Of a DNA stretch of 64,000 nt, positions 40,101 through 49,786 are shown piece by piece (the stretch's first letter is position 1; each line of letters starts with the position of its first letter). The position numbers and the translations under genes were made by a program. The notes below the pieces were generated by a model that was not told the origin of the DNA, searched no databases, and worked only from the letters and a program-made list of their open reading frames with translations. Source of the DNA: a virus (taxonomy: Duplodnaviria > Caudoviricetes); the IMG/VR virus record IMGVR_UViG_3300014204_000110, one strand, 5' to 3'.

Positions 40101-42085
40101 GTATGTCTAGTTCACCTTCAAATTCATTAAGTAATAGTCTAAGTAATAGTGCGAGTAGTAGTGCAAGTAATAGTCCTTCACCAAGTAACTCTGTTAGTAA
40201 TTCATTAAGTAGTTCACCTTCTACTTCAATAAGTAATAGTACTTCAAATAGTCCTTCAAGTAGTGCAAGCTCGTCACCAAGTCCTTCATACAGTTTAAGT
40301 AATAGTCCAAGTATAAGTACGTCTAATTCACCTAGTACTTCACCTTCTCCTTCGCATTCACCAAGTACAAGTCCAAGTAGTTCTATTTCTAATTCTATAA
40401 GTACTAGTATCTCAACTAGTGTTTCTAATAGTGTAAGTAGTAGTATTAGTACGTCGCCTTCTACATCACCAAGTGGTGGTACTGAACATATTACTCAAAT
40501 GACATATTATCCTGGTCCTGGTGATGCGGAGTTTGATGTAGATACTACTTATATAATTGATACATATGTTTCAGGTGAATGGAATGGTACGTCTGGAAAT
40601 TTAGTTAATTTTTATAGTAGTGCAAGTGGAGTTCAATCGACATTAGATTTACAAACTATTGGTAACGTTAATGTATCTTATATGACTTTTAGAGATATAG
40701 AAATTATTAATGGTACTATAACTGCAGATTATACGTGTGATGGTAGTTCTTGGAATAATTCAGGAATAATTTTTTCAAATAATTCTCCTTCAACATCTAT
40801 AAGTAGTTCAATTTCTAATAGTTATTCTTCAAGTCCAAGTAATTCACTTTCTAATAGTATTTCTAATTCATTATCAACTAGTAGTTCTAATAGTCCAAGT
40901 ACAAGTATATCTAGTTCTCCAAGTCCTAGTAATTCACCATCACCATCATTGTCTCCTAGTAATAGTGTTAGTTCTAGTTTAAGTAATTCATTGAGTAGTT
41001 CAGAATCAAATAGTCCTTCAACATCACCAAGTCCAAGCAATAGCCCTTCTAGTTCTATTAGTTCAAGTTTAAGTAATAGTTTGAGTAGTAGTCTGTCAAA
41101 TAGTCCAAGTACTTCTGTTTCTAATTCACTTAGTGAATCTGTATCAAATAGTTTATCAAATTCACCTAGTTCTTCACCAAGTCCAAGTAGTAGTGTAAGT
41201 AATAGTCCAAGTGAAGGAAATAGTGCATCTCAATCACCTTCGACTAGTCCTAGTCCTTCAAGTAGTATTAGTAATAGTATTTCTTCAAGTATTAGTAATA
41301 GTGCTAGTAATAGTCCTAGTCCTTCTATTTCACCTAGTAATAGTGAAAGTTCTAGTGTAAGTAATAGTCCATCAATAAGTGTTTCTAGTTCTATTAGTAG
41401 TAGTCCTTCTCCAAGTAATTCAATTAGTAATAGTCTAAGTAGTAGTGCTAGTACAAGTCTATCATCTAGTGTAAGTTCAAGTTTAAGTAATAGTATATCT
41501 ACTAGTTTATCATCAAGTGTTTCTAGTTCACCAAGTCCTAGTAATAGTCCATCTAGTTCAATTTCTAGTAGTCTAAGTAATAGTGCTAGTTCTAGTATTT
41601 CTAGTTCTCCATCATCTAGTCCAAGTATTAGTTCTAGTCCAAGTTCTAGTAGAAGTAGTTCAGTTTCAAATAGTCTTAGTCAAAGTCCTTCAAGTAGTAT
41701 TTCACATAGTCTTAGTAGTTCAGTTAGTCATAGTCCTTCATCAAGTCCAAGCTTAGGAGATCTAGATTATATATTAATTTTTCCAGAAACTGCATTAATT
41801 CCAGTTAGAGCACAACTTTTATTTATTGCAAAAGGCTATACTGAATATGATGTAGAAATACATGGACTTACTTTTGTTTGGTCAACAACACTTGGACAAG
41901 TTATTAATAGTTCAACTGGATTATTTACTGCTGGAAGTTTTGCTGGTGGACCTTATGAAGTAACTGCTACAATTGGATCAATAAGTACTACTGCATATGT
42001 TACAGTATTTGAATTAAATAACACTCATAGGCGAAGAAGATTACTTCCAATTTTTCTTCAGTTTTGTGAACGTAAACGTAGATAA
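37103..42085 (+). CDS. 1660-aa mucin/serine-rich-repeat (SRRP-like) fibre protein: N-terminal beta-helix, three (S-x)n blocks, C-terminal Ig-like domain
   Basis: YTTISAWE N-terminus and WDIGADQY helix end; Ser at every second residue in three blocks; Big_2-like ..VWSTT..INSSTGLFTAG..EVTAT..TAYVTV. Confidence 0.75.
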   Translation: MPTYDIGTGQTYTTISAWETARDISRTEDEVGECLAELFNENVNFTGGTPNGYWMKLRGKAGARHDGRAYEVSSVACARIYRSANATTVNVDVGGIEIAWLDIKGPGNYTQDTISRAGDLTADGDFRLHHCIIHNNFANNNGSQVAITMSDDSETTNYRIYRNLVYGFGGAGILPYQIGGTTKYVYAYHNTCALCGQVLGETDAGGIQNSMTESTAYFENNVSVGQLNVDYYGTNYGSWDNNASEDTTGDSTGGPAHNVDLRSLNPSGLFQNYTSTYASIDLRTKVDSDLIGMGDTTYSTTDFPEIDIPITGGDAITGTWDIGADQYAEAVNTASNSPSTSPSSSASNSPSTSPSPSNSPSNSLSTSASNSPSSSVSNSLSNSPSTSISISPSTSESSSPSPSNSPSTSPSPGISASNSPSTSLSNSLSDSPSSSLSSSISSSPSPSNSASESPSTSLSESPSTSLSSSISNSLSSSPSTSPSSSPPEFSLISYSDDYDNNAILYTQELFTVQENDLLVGVCMWEESSRTPILQENTLAYNFTMLDVITNANSTNVRFGYHVVTSAEAGTGIRYRADYGSITSLATISVYLFRPTSGIPEIEVFGSGIGTGTSPQTNSISTAGPSVIVAALDCYGGGVSNQQINLTTPDTIYTLSSDESTFYTTETSLLSNIYASATCSNDAWAMGIIAFKVSSGGSSASSSPSTSESSSPSPSTSVSNSVSSSLSNSASESPSSSLSNSLSDSPSSSESSSISNSPSPSLSPSNSASDSPSNSESSSPSSSISSSISSSVSNSPSTSPSPSNSPSSSISSSISNSASTSPSYSLSNSPSTSISNSSSNSPSPSNSLSSSVSSSLSTSPSTSLSNSISNSLSSSISSSPSNSPSPSNSPSISESNSPSTSISNSASSSPSSSPSPSNSLSNSPSLSPSISLSNSPSTSPSPSSSVSNSPSPGNSASNSPSSSESNSPSNSLSTSISNSASNSPSPSNSPSTSLSSSISNSMSSSPSNSLSNSLSNSASSSASNSPSPSNSVSNSLSSSPSTSISNSTSNSPSSSASSSPSPSYSLSNSPSISTSNSPSTSPSPSHSPSTSPSSSISNSISTSISTSVSNSVSSSISTSPSTSPSGGTEHITQMTYYPGPGDAEFDVDTTYIIDTYVSGEWNGTSGNLVNFYSSASGVQSTLDLQTIGNVNVSYMTFRDIEIINGTITADYTCDGSSWNNSGIIFSNNSPSTSISSSISNSYSSSPSNSLSNSISNSLSTSSSNSPSTSISSSPSPSNSPSPSLSPSNSVSSSLSNSLSSSESNSPSTSPSPSNSPSSSISSSLSNSLSSSLSNSPSTSVSNSLSESVSNSLSNSPSSSPSPSSSVSNSPSEGNSASQSPSTSPSPSSSISNSISSSISNSASNSPSPSISPSNSESSSVSNSPSISVSSSISSSPSPSNSISNSLSSSASTSLSSSVSSSLSNSISTSLSSSVSSSPSPSNSPSSSISSSLSNSASSSISSSPSSSPSISSSPSSSRSSSVSNSLSQSPSSSISHSLSSSVSHSPSSSPSLGDLDYILIFPETALIPVRAQLLFIAKGYTEYDVEIHGLTFVWSTTLGQVINSSTGLFTAGSFAGGPYEVTATIGSISTTAYVTVFELNNTHRRRRLLPIFLQFCERKRR
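38101..38560 (+). repeat. Ser-alternating low-complexity block 1
   Basis: SNSPSTSPSSSASNSPSTSPSPS... Confidence 0.9.
39190..40473 (+). repeat. Ser-alternating low-complexity block 2
   Basis: About 430 aa of S-x-S-y units. Confidence 0.9.
40775..41752 (+). repeat. Ser-alternating low-complexity block 3
   Basis: About 325 aa of S-x-S-y units. Confidence 0.9.
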
Positions 42086-42102
42086 TTTTTTAGGAGATAA
42101 TA

Positions 42103-43536
42103 ATGGCTGTTTTACAAATAACTAATGGCGCTTGTACTGGTAGAGGTTTTGCTGATACGTCAGTTAGTGGATATATGTCAAAATTTTATGATTGGATTAC
42201 TAAAATACCAGCAAGTGGCGGTCCTGGATGGAATATACTTTTAGATAAGTCTATATATCCTACAACTAAAACTATGACTTCTATGATAAGTGGAGTTATA
42301 ATATCAAGTGGACATGGATTTTATTCAAATGAAATAATTCGATATTATACTTCTGGTACAATTATAAATGGTCTTACTAATAATACTGATTATTATGTTA
42401 CGAAAGTAAATGATAATAGTTTTAAATTAAGTACAAATCATTTTAATGTTGGTATTGGAACATATATTAATATAACAAATTCTGGTGTTGGATCTCAAAC
42501 TTTCACTTTAAGTGGTCCATATATTATAATTTCTGATGAACCATCTCCTCAAATTAATCAAGTTTGTAAATTTATGAAAGTTGGATATGGAATTCCACAA
42601 GGAAGTTATATTCAAGTTCAATATTTTATAGGATGGAATAATACAAGTAAAATACTTGGAAGTATTTATGGTGGTTATATTATAGAAACTGTAGATGATG
42701 GTAATTTTGCATATGATTTTCGTGGTGGTGATGAATGTATGATTTTACAATCACGTATTGGTACTACTTGGGATTCTACTGGAATGGATACTTGGACTGG
42801 AGATAGTACTTTTCTAGAAGGTCTTGATCATTCAGGAACTTTAAGGAGTGTTGGTGTGCCTGGTACTAATTCAGTAGCATACTTAAGATCTGGAGAATCT
42901 AGTAATATAACTAGTGGTGAATATTATTATTTATATGATTATTCTCAACTTCCTTATGTTCGTTTAGAATATTCTAAATGTACTTATGTTGATGCTGGAG
43001 CTGATAGTGTTACTTTTTCTGGATTAGTTCATACATTTCCATCAGGATCTGTTATTGGATCATATCCTCATAGATATATGTGTTTTGGTAATAATATTTA
43101 TGATAATAATTCATTTTGTTATTCGACATATATACCATATACAATACCTTATACATCTCATCCTAATTGGTATTATTGTAGTAATTTAGGATATGGATCT
43201 ATTAGTTCAAGTTGTAGATCATCTTATGAAGATGGTATTTTAAATTCTTCATCTCCTGATGAAAAAGGTAGACATCTTATGGAAAAATGGAATATATTAG
43301 AATGGGCATCAAATCAAAGTAATTATACCACTCATAATTATAATGGTATGAATAGATTTTATGGATCTGCTAATAATTTATATTTAACTAAAATTAATTC
43401 AATGGCACGTAGTCAAGATGGATTAATTTATGGTGGAAAACAGTATCTATATTTTATGTTATCTAGTGAAATTGGTGGATATGGTGGAAGTGCTAGTTAT
43501 GCTATTTTATATCCAGATAGTGTATCAAGTGAATAA
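42103..43536 (+). CDS. virion structural protein (tail/baseplate-associated)
   Basis: Contains the small beta domain GHGFYSNEIIRY..INGLTNNTDYYVTKVNDNSFKLS seen in phage tail proteins; AGGAG RBS. Confidence 0.55.
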   Translation: MAVLQITNGACTGRGFADTSVSGYMSKFYDWITKIPASGGPGWNILLDKSIYPTTKTMTSMISGVIISSGHGFYSNEIIRYYTSGTIINGLTNNTDYYVTKVNDNSFKLSTNHFNVGIGTYINITNSGVGSQTFTLSGPYIIISDEPSPQINQVCKFMKVGYGIPQGSYIQVQYFIGWNNTSKILGSIYGGYIIETVDDGNFAYDFRGGDECMILQSRIGTTWDSTGMDTWTGDSTFLEGLDHSGTLRSVGVPGTNSVAYLRSGESSNITSGEYYYLYDYSQLPYVRLEYSKCTYVDAGADSVTFSGLVHTFPSGSVIGSYPHRYMCFGNNIYDNNSFCYSTYIPYTIPYTSHPNWYYCSNLGYGSISSSCRSSYEDGILNSSSPDEKGRHLMEKWNILEWASNQSNYTTHNYNGMNRFYGSANNLYLTKINSMARSQDGLIYGGKQYLYFMLSSEIGGYGGSASYAILYPDSVSSE

Positions 43537-44445
43537 ATGTCTATTTATAGTGGAATATTAGCATCTGGAAATATTGTATTTGGTGATTCTTATACAGTAG
43601 TTAATTTAAATATTCCAAAATCGTTCATTGAAAGTCAGATTGTTTCTGGTTCAATATGTACTGGTGAATCATATACAGTAATTAATTTAAATATTCCAAA
43701 ATCTTTTGTTGATGCACAAGTTATTAATCGCCATATATATTCTGGAGAATTTTATACAAAAGTTAATAATAATCGAGTATATAATAATGGATCTTTAATT
43801 GTAACAGTTCCTAGATCTGGATTAGCCAATGATACTGGAATGTTACTTATTCTTGGATATTATACTGATTTTTATGCTAATCCTAGACTATCTTATCCAT
43901 ATAATAATATATACTTTTATGATAATACATATGGACCAGATATTTCATCTTATTATTGGAATTTTGGAGATGGTAATTATAGTACTGAACGCGATCCAAT
44001 TCATTTTTATACACATACTGGATTATATGATGTTTCATTAGAAACAACTTCTATAAATGGAGAAACTGCTTATTTAAATAAAACTAATTATATTAACATT
44101 CAAAGCAATAATGTTTCAGTTAATCATTCAGATTATAAAATAGTAATTTTAAATAAACGAATAAGTCCATATAAATCCAATGATCTTTTACAAATTTCAG
44201 TTCAATTGTATGAAAATAATAAAAAGAAACTATTCTATATTAAAGATGTTGTTCTTACATTAAATTTAAACTATCCTAATGGATGGCAGGCATACTCATC
44301 TGGAATAACTAATAAAACTGGGTCTTGTGTCTTATATCAATCTTCTAGTGGTATATTATCCAGTAATTGTTTAGGATATGTTTCTGCAACAATAAATAAC
44401 CAAAGTTATATTTCAAATATAATTAGATTTAACTTCATTAATTAA
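43537..44445 (+). CDS. PKD-domain virion protein with three 27-aa N-terminal repeats
   Basis: YYWNFGDG..STERDPIHFYTHTGLYDVSL (PKD); 81-bp repeats at 43582, 43663 and 43744. Confidence 0.75.
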   Translation: MSIYSGILASGNIVFGDSYTVVNLNIPKSFIESQIVSGSICTGESYTVINLNIPKSFVDAQVINRHIYSGEFYTKVNNNRVYNNGSLIVTVPRSGLANDTGMLLILGYYTDFYANPRLSYPYNNIYFYDNTYGPDISSYYWNFGDGNYSTERDPIHFYTHTGLYDVSLETTSINGETAYLNKTNYINIQSNNVSVNHSDYKIVILNKRISPYKSNDLLQISVQLYENNKKKLFYIKDVVLTLNLNYPNGWQAYSSGITNKTGSCVLYQSSSGILSSNCLGYVSATINNQSYISNIIRFNFIN

Positions 44446-44452
44446 GGTAATT

Positions 44453-44866
44453 ATGAATCCTATTTTATCTACAAGTGGACAATGTTGGATACTTGATGCT
44501 ATTAAAACAAAAATTGATACTATAAGTGGAGTATATGTTGGTTTAATGACAAATTATCTTCCTTCTGAAAGATCATATCAAACTCCATTTTATATTAATG
44601 AACTTAGTTATATTACTAATAGTGGATATTCTAGACAAGTTAGTAATACTTGGAGTGTAATAAGTGGATCAAATCCATATTTACTTGGAAGTACAGTTAC
44701 TTTTACTATATCGTCTGGAAGTTGGTCTAATGTTTATGGATATTTTGTATCTAGTACTAATTTAAATTATAGTGTATTATGGTCTGAATTATTTCCATAT
44801 GATAAAGGTTCTGTAGTTGCTAGTGGAAATAATATATTAATTACTCCAAAATTTTATCAATATTAA
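44453..44866 (+). CDS. small tail/fibre-attachment structural protein
   Basis: YVGLMT..EL...SGYSRQ..W..VTF..W..VYGYFV pattern common in phage tail proteins. Confidence 0.55.
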   Translation: MNPILSTSGQCWILDAIKTKIDTISGVYVGLMTNYLPSERSYQTPFYINELSYITNSGYSRQVSNTWSVISGSNPYLLGSTVTFTISSGSWSNVYGYFVSSTNLNYSVLWSELFPYDKGSVVASGNNILITPKFYQY

Positions 44867-44874
44867 GGTAAACG

Positions 44875-46767
44875 ATGTCTATAGAAATTATAGGTGAAAT
44901 GTCTGGACTTGGTGTTCCAGATTATTATTTAAACTTATCTCGTAGACAAGCATTTAATCCACAACTTATATGTGATGATCAACCATATCTTCCTGGTGAT
45001 TGTCCAATTGTTACAATTGAATATGATGGTTTTAGTCCAAATAAAATTATTAATATAAAATCTTTAGAAAATTCTGTTTATCAAAATACTTTAGATTATC
45101 ATAAAATTGAGACTATAACATATGATGGATATACTTATCCATTAAAATATTATGAATACGTTAATTATAATGATAAATTATCTTATCTTATAACTGATTA
45201 TAATTCTGATCCATCCAATAGTAATCCATTATTTTATCAATATGAACTGTTATTTGATGCTTATGTTGATATATCTGGAGTTTCAATTAAAAATATATAT
45301 AAAAATAATGAAATTAAATTAGATCAAAAAGAATATAAAATTCAATATAGTGTTAATACGTTAGCTTTAGGAAATTTAAGATATAGTAATACATCTTGGC
45401 TTACTAATACAATAAATCAAAATAATTATCGTATACGTATTCTATTACCATTTTATATTTCATCTAAAGATAATTTTTATATAGTTGAATATGAAAAATA
45501 TATTAATAATATTAAATCATATCAAAAAGAACTTATAGAAATTGAACCTATATATACAACAAATGACTATGAAATTACAAATAGTGGCGTTATTTTAAGT
45601 GTTTCTAGTAAAATTCAACAATCTAATCAATTATCTATAGTTAAAAATCCTTTTAAAAGAATAACACCATTAGATATTGTAACTCTTAAAGATAAGAATT
45701 CATATCTTACTGATAAAGATACTCAATGGAAATTACGTATAAATACTGGAGCTTTTGCTATTCCATCAGGTTTGTATACATCTTCTAGTGGTTATTTATA
45801 TAATCTTGAAAATTTTTATACAAGTGGAAATATTCCAGTTACAAATATTAAACCTATAAAAATTAATAAAAATATTGTTCAAATAAAAGAAACTCCAATA
45901 TATTTGAATTCTGACGATTATATTTATCCATATTACGATGTTAAACGTTATGATAATAATTTATATGATTTATATGATGTATCTGGAAAGTTTGATATAT
46001 CTATAAATGGTAAATCTAGAAGTGATATTAAAATAAAATCTATAGATAGATATAAAGGTTTTATTGAATTTAATAAAGAAATTAATAATTTAGATGAAGT
46101 TGAGTTATCTTTTTATCTTACTAATAGTGATACATTAATACTTGAAAATTTAGAGCTTAATCCTAAAGTTTCACAATCTGGAGTTCTTTATCATATTAAT
46201 AATTATCCAAATGGTTTTGGAATAGCTCTTAAAGCATGGAGTGGTATAATACAATATCCATATATATACGATCTAAATACTATTGAATCTGATAGAATAG
46301 TTAGTGGAATTATAGACGTTGGTTCTAGTACTTATATAAGTGGGATGTGGGATGATACTTATTTAAGTTTATGTAAAATAGATTTAAATAATTTATCTTC
46401 AGATATTGTTAAAAGAACTGATACCAGGCGAGTTGGTGGAGGTTTAATAGATAATAAAACTCTTGATGTTTGGTTTAATAATAACTTTAGTGGTGTATAT
46501 ATAAATGAAAAAAGCTGGTATTCAAATGTTGCTAAATATAATGGTGAACCAATTTCTAATAGTAGTATTATTATTATTAATATACCTCAAGAACATCTTG
46601 ATACTTTAAAACTTAAATGGTTTAATTATTATAAAGAATTTATGACTTATGATGAAGCAGAAATAACATCTGAACGAGAATTTAATTACTATCTAGATAG
46701 TGTAATAAGAAAAAATATATCTGCTGGATCTGATTATATAATTATACCTAATATTTTGGATGAATAA
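44875..46767 (+). CDS. baseplate/tail structural protein
   Basis: ELNP and DTRRVGGGL motifs; operon context. Confidence 0.45.
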   Translation: MSIEIIGEMSGLGVPDYYLNLSRRQAFNPQLICDDQPYLPGDCPIVTIEYDGFSPNKIINIKSLENSVYQNTLDYHKIETITYDGYTYPLKYYEYVNYNDKLSYLITDYNSDPSNSNPLFYQYELLFDAYVDISGVSIKNIYKNNEIKLDQKEYKIQYSVNTLALGNLRYSNTSWLTNTINQNNYRIRILLPFYISSKDNFYIVEYEKYINNIKSYQKELIEIEPIYTTNDYEITNSGVILSVSSKIQQSNQLSIVKNPFKRITPLDIVTLKDKNSYLTDKDTQWKLRINTGAFAIPSGLYTSSSGYLYNLENFYTSGNIPVTNIKPIKINKNIVQIKETPIYLNSDDYIYPYYDVKRYDNNLYDLYDVSGKFDISINGKSRSDIKIKSIDRYKGFIEFNKEINNLDEVELSFYLTNSDTLILENLELNPKVSQSGVLYHINNYPNGFGIALKAWSGIIQYPYIYDLNTIESDRIVSGIIDVGSSTYISGMWDDTYLSLCKIDLNNLSSDIVKRTDTRRVGGGLIDNKTLDVWFNNNFSGVYINEKSWYSNVAKYNGEPISNSSIIIINIPQEHLDTLKLKWFNYYKEFMTYDEAEITSEREFNYYLDSVIRKNISAGSDYIIIPNILDE

Positions 46768-49025
46768 TGATTAATTCAACATTTTCTTATAATAGTCAAA
46801 TAAAAGATATTCAGAATTCACTTATTAGTGAAAATATTCGTTCTGTGTCTAATTTTGAATTATTAAATTCAGAAGAAGCTATTAAAAATGTTATTAGTTC
46901 TTATATAGATAAATTTAATTCTCTTGGTGGAATGCTTACAGATATAAGTAAATTTATTGTTAAATCTAAAGATATTATAAATTCTAAACAATTTGATGAT
47001 TTATTTCAAAGTGTATATATTGATATATATGCTTTGTATAATGATTTAAATATTGTTTCAAATGTTCTTAATCTTAATCTTAATAGAAATAAAAATTATT
47101 TTTTAATAATTAAAAAAAGAATAAGAGATTTATGGAATAAATTAAATCTTACACGATCTTTTATTTATGATTCTAATCCATCTGATGAATCATATTACGA
47201 ATCATTTTATAATGATATTAATTCTTTAATTTTAAAAGATGTACTTATAGATAAAAAATCTGGTTATCTATATATTAATCCAATATATACAGAAACTCAT
47301 AACAAATCTTTTCAAATTAAATCTATAAATTCAGTAACATATCCAGAACCTAATGATAATGGTGGTGTATATAAAAATACAAATATTTTAAATACATTTG
47401 AAGATAATTATAAAAATGGTCCAAGAGATATGTTACAAAATGGTTTATGGAAAGAAGAAATTTATACCAATGTTATTCCAGAGTTATCTTTAAATATAGG
47501 TTCGGATTCTAGAATTATTCAGCGAAATTATAAAGGAATAGTGTCTATTATAGATATAGAATATAGTTATTCTATAGAATTTAATAGAATAGATTTTGAT
47601 ATTTTTGGTGATAAATCTTTAACAATAGATGCTATTTTATATAAACAAAATATTGATGATGAATGGAATATTTTAAATTATGAAAATATTGATAATTTAG
47701 ATTCTAATAATTTAACAAATTTATGTCAATATTCAGTTAGAGGATCAGATTTTGATGTTTTATCTTTTTATAATATTGAGAAAATTAATGTTAAATTTTT
47801 AAGAATTGTTGTTAATCAAGAGCATTATATTCAGTTAAATTCAGATTATATTAAAAATATATCAATTGAAGATAAAATGTTTAATGATCTTTCTGAACGA
47901 AGATATGATATTGTTAAATTTAATAAAAATATAAATTCTTTTCTTTCATCTCCAATAATTGATGAAAATAAATCATTATATAATAAAATAATAAATATAA
48001 TTGAATCAACGTCTAGTATTGAAAAAATATTATATAATATTGAAAATTTACTACTTCCAAAAACAGATATTGTTGAAATTAATTTTTCTAATGTGTTAAA
48101 ATATGAAATTGGTTTATGGTCAATTGAACCTAAACTTGAGTTATATTCTTATTTAAATGGTGTTTTTTCTTCTAATAAATATAAATTAAATGATAAAGTT
48201 TTAAATTCTATTTCTTTAAATACTAAACAATCTTTACCTGGATCAACTACGTGTAATTGGTATATAGAAGCTAATAATAAAGAAATACCTATTGTTGAAA
48301 ATACAAGTAAATATAGAAAAGAACCTATTAAAGAATTTGATGTATCTAGTTATTCTAATTTTAGTGGATGGGTTGATCGTGGAGGAATATTTACACTTCT
48401 AGATTTTCCGATTGATTCGGTAAAATATCAAGAAATTGTAATATATAATAATGGTGTTTTACAAGAAAATATAATTAATAATATTGCTTTTTTGAATTCA
48501 AGAATGATATATATTAATGGTATTAAGGATGTTAAAAATAATAATTATGTTATAAGATATCCTTTATCATTTTATAAAACAATTAATGTATATGTTCTTT
48601 CATCTAAGACTAATAATTCTTATAAATATATATCTTTAGGAATTATTTCAACTAAAAAAGAAATATTAGAAGCTTTTATTAATGATATAAGATATAGTGT
48701 TTTAAATTCAGATGGTTCTAGACAATATTTAAAAGACGATTTTATAGTAACTAATGCTGTTACAACTTCTGATGAAAGTAAATATTGGTTTGGTCCTTCA
48801 TATGAAAATTGTTTATTTATAGATCGTTCTATTTATAATCTTATTGATACTTCTTTAAATTATGATAAATATTCAAATGCTATATTAATTGATGATTCAA
48901 AATTATCAAGTAATTTATCTAATTTAAATGATTATTTTAATTTAAGTTCTTATGGTTTTTCAGATTTTAGTATTATTGGAAGTGTTTCCAATATTGCTCC
49001 TATTTCTAATATTAAGGTTTTATAA
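46767..49025 (+). CDS. peripheral baseplate protein (paralogue family)
   Basis: N-terminal helical region with F..vyiDIyaLY; TAATG coupling. Confidence 0.5.
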   Translation: MINSTFSYNSQIKDIQNSLISENIRSVSNFELLNSEEAIKNVISSYIDKFNSLGGMLTDISKFIVKSKDIINSKQFDDLFQSVYIDIYALYNDLNIVSNVLNLNLNRNKNYFLIIKKRIRDLWNKLNLTRSFIYDSNPSDESYYESFYNDINSLILKDVLIDKKSGYLYINPIYTETHNKSFQIKSINSVTYPEPNDNGGVYKNTNILNTFEDNYKNGPRDMLQNGLWKEEIYTNVIPELSLNIGSDSRIIQRNYKGIVSIIDIEYSYSIEFNRIDFDIFGDKSLTIDAILYKQNIDDEWNILNYENIDNLDSNNLTNLCQYSVRGSDFDVLSFYNIEKINVKFLRIVVNQEHYIQLNSDYIKNISIEDKMFNDLSERRYDIVKFNKNINSFLSSPIIDENKSLYNKIINIIESTSSIEKILYNIENLLLPKTDIVEINFSNVLKYEIGLWSIEPKLELYSYLNGVFSSNKYKLNDKVLNSISLNTKQSLPGSTTCNWYIEANNKEIPIVENTSKYRKEPIKEFDVSSYSNFSGWVDRGGIFTLLDFPIDSVKYQEIVIYNNGVLQENIINNIAFLNSRMIYINGIKDVKNNNYVIRYPLSFYKTINVYVLSSKTNNSYKYISLGIISTKKEILEAFINDIRYSVLNSDGSRQYLKDDFIVTNAVTTSDESKYWFGPSYENCLFIDRSIYNLIDTSLNYDKYSNAILIDDSKLSSNLSNLNDYFNLSSYGFSDFSIIGSVSNIAPISNIKVL

Positions 49026-49784
49026 ATGGATTATTATATTCCAGATTCTGTATTATTAAATACGTTATATTTACCTTTTTATATTTCTCCAGTTAAAAAT
49101 ATTTTTGATTGTAAAAATAATTTTATTCTTGAAAGTGATATAACTGGAGTTAAATCAATAATAAATTTAAATAATATAATTCCATATATATCTATTGATA
49201 TTTTAGATTCTGAATCTAAAGATTGGTTGTGGTACGATAAAGATGGTTTTCCTTTTAGAATAGAAAAAAACATAATATTAAATTGTTGGCAATTAAAATC
49301 ATTATATAATATTGGAGATTATAAAGATAAAATTTTGAAAATAGATCCAACTAAACTTTTATATAATAAAAATGGTAAAAATCATGGATTTTATTCACTT
49401 GTAGAAAATTATATTGAAAATGATGTTTTAATAGCATCTCCAACTGATATAAAAATGTATATTTGTCAGCAAATTTTTCTCACAATTGATGGAAATCTTA
49501 TAACAGATAAAACGGATTATATAAATACTTATACAAATATTAATTTAACTATTTTAAATACTGAAAGTAATAAAGAGTTTTATTATAATCATATGATGAA
49601 TAAAATTTATACAAATCAAAATTTAGAATTATATGATCAATCTAGTATTAAAATTTATATGTATACTATTCTTGATAATATTTCAGTAAAATGCAACATG
49701 ATGTGTAATTATGGAGTTGATAATTTTTTAACTCCAGTTGTTGATTATTATATTGTTAAACTACATGGTAAAAATATTAGATAA
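49026..49784 (+). CDS. virion structural protein
   Basis: C-terminal TPVVDYYIVKL strand shared with neighbours. Confidence 0.45.
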   Translation: MDYYIPDSVLLNTLYLPFYISPVKNIFDCKNNFILESDITGVKSIINLNNIIPYISIDILDSESKDWLWYDKDGFPFRIEKNIILNCWQLKSLYNIGDYKDKILKIDPTKLLYNKNGKNHGFYSLVENYIENDVLIASPTDIKMYICQQIFLTIDGNLITDKTDYINTYTNINLTILNTESNKEFYYNHMMNKIYTNQNLELYDQSSIKIYMYTILDNISVKCNMMCNYGVDNFLTPVVDYYIVKLHGKNIR

Positions 49785-49786
49785 CT

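Noticed and set aside
38077-41040. Minus-strand Leu/Gly/Glu-rich ORFs (38077, 39568, 40822)
   Set aside because: Antisense shadows of the Ser/Pro repeats.
38101-41752. CRISPR array or DNA tandem repeat
   Set aside because: No fixed repeat/spacer unit; the periodicity is at protein level with mixed Ser codons.
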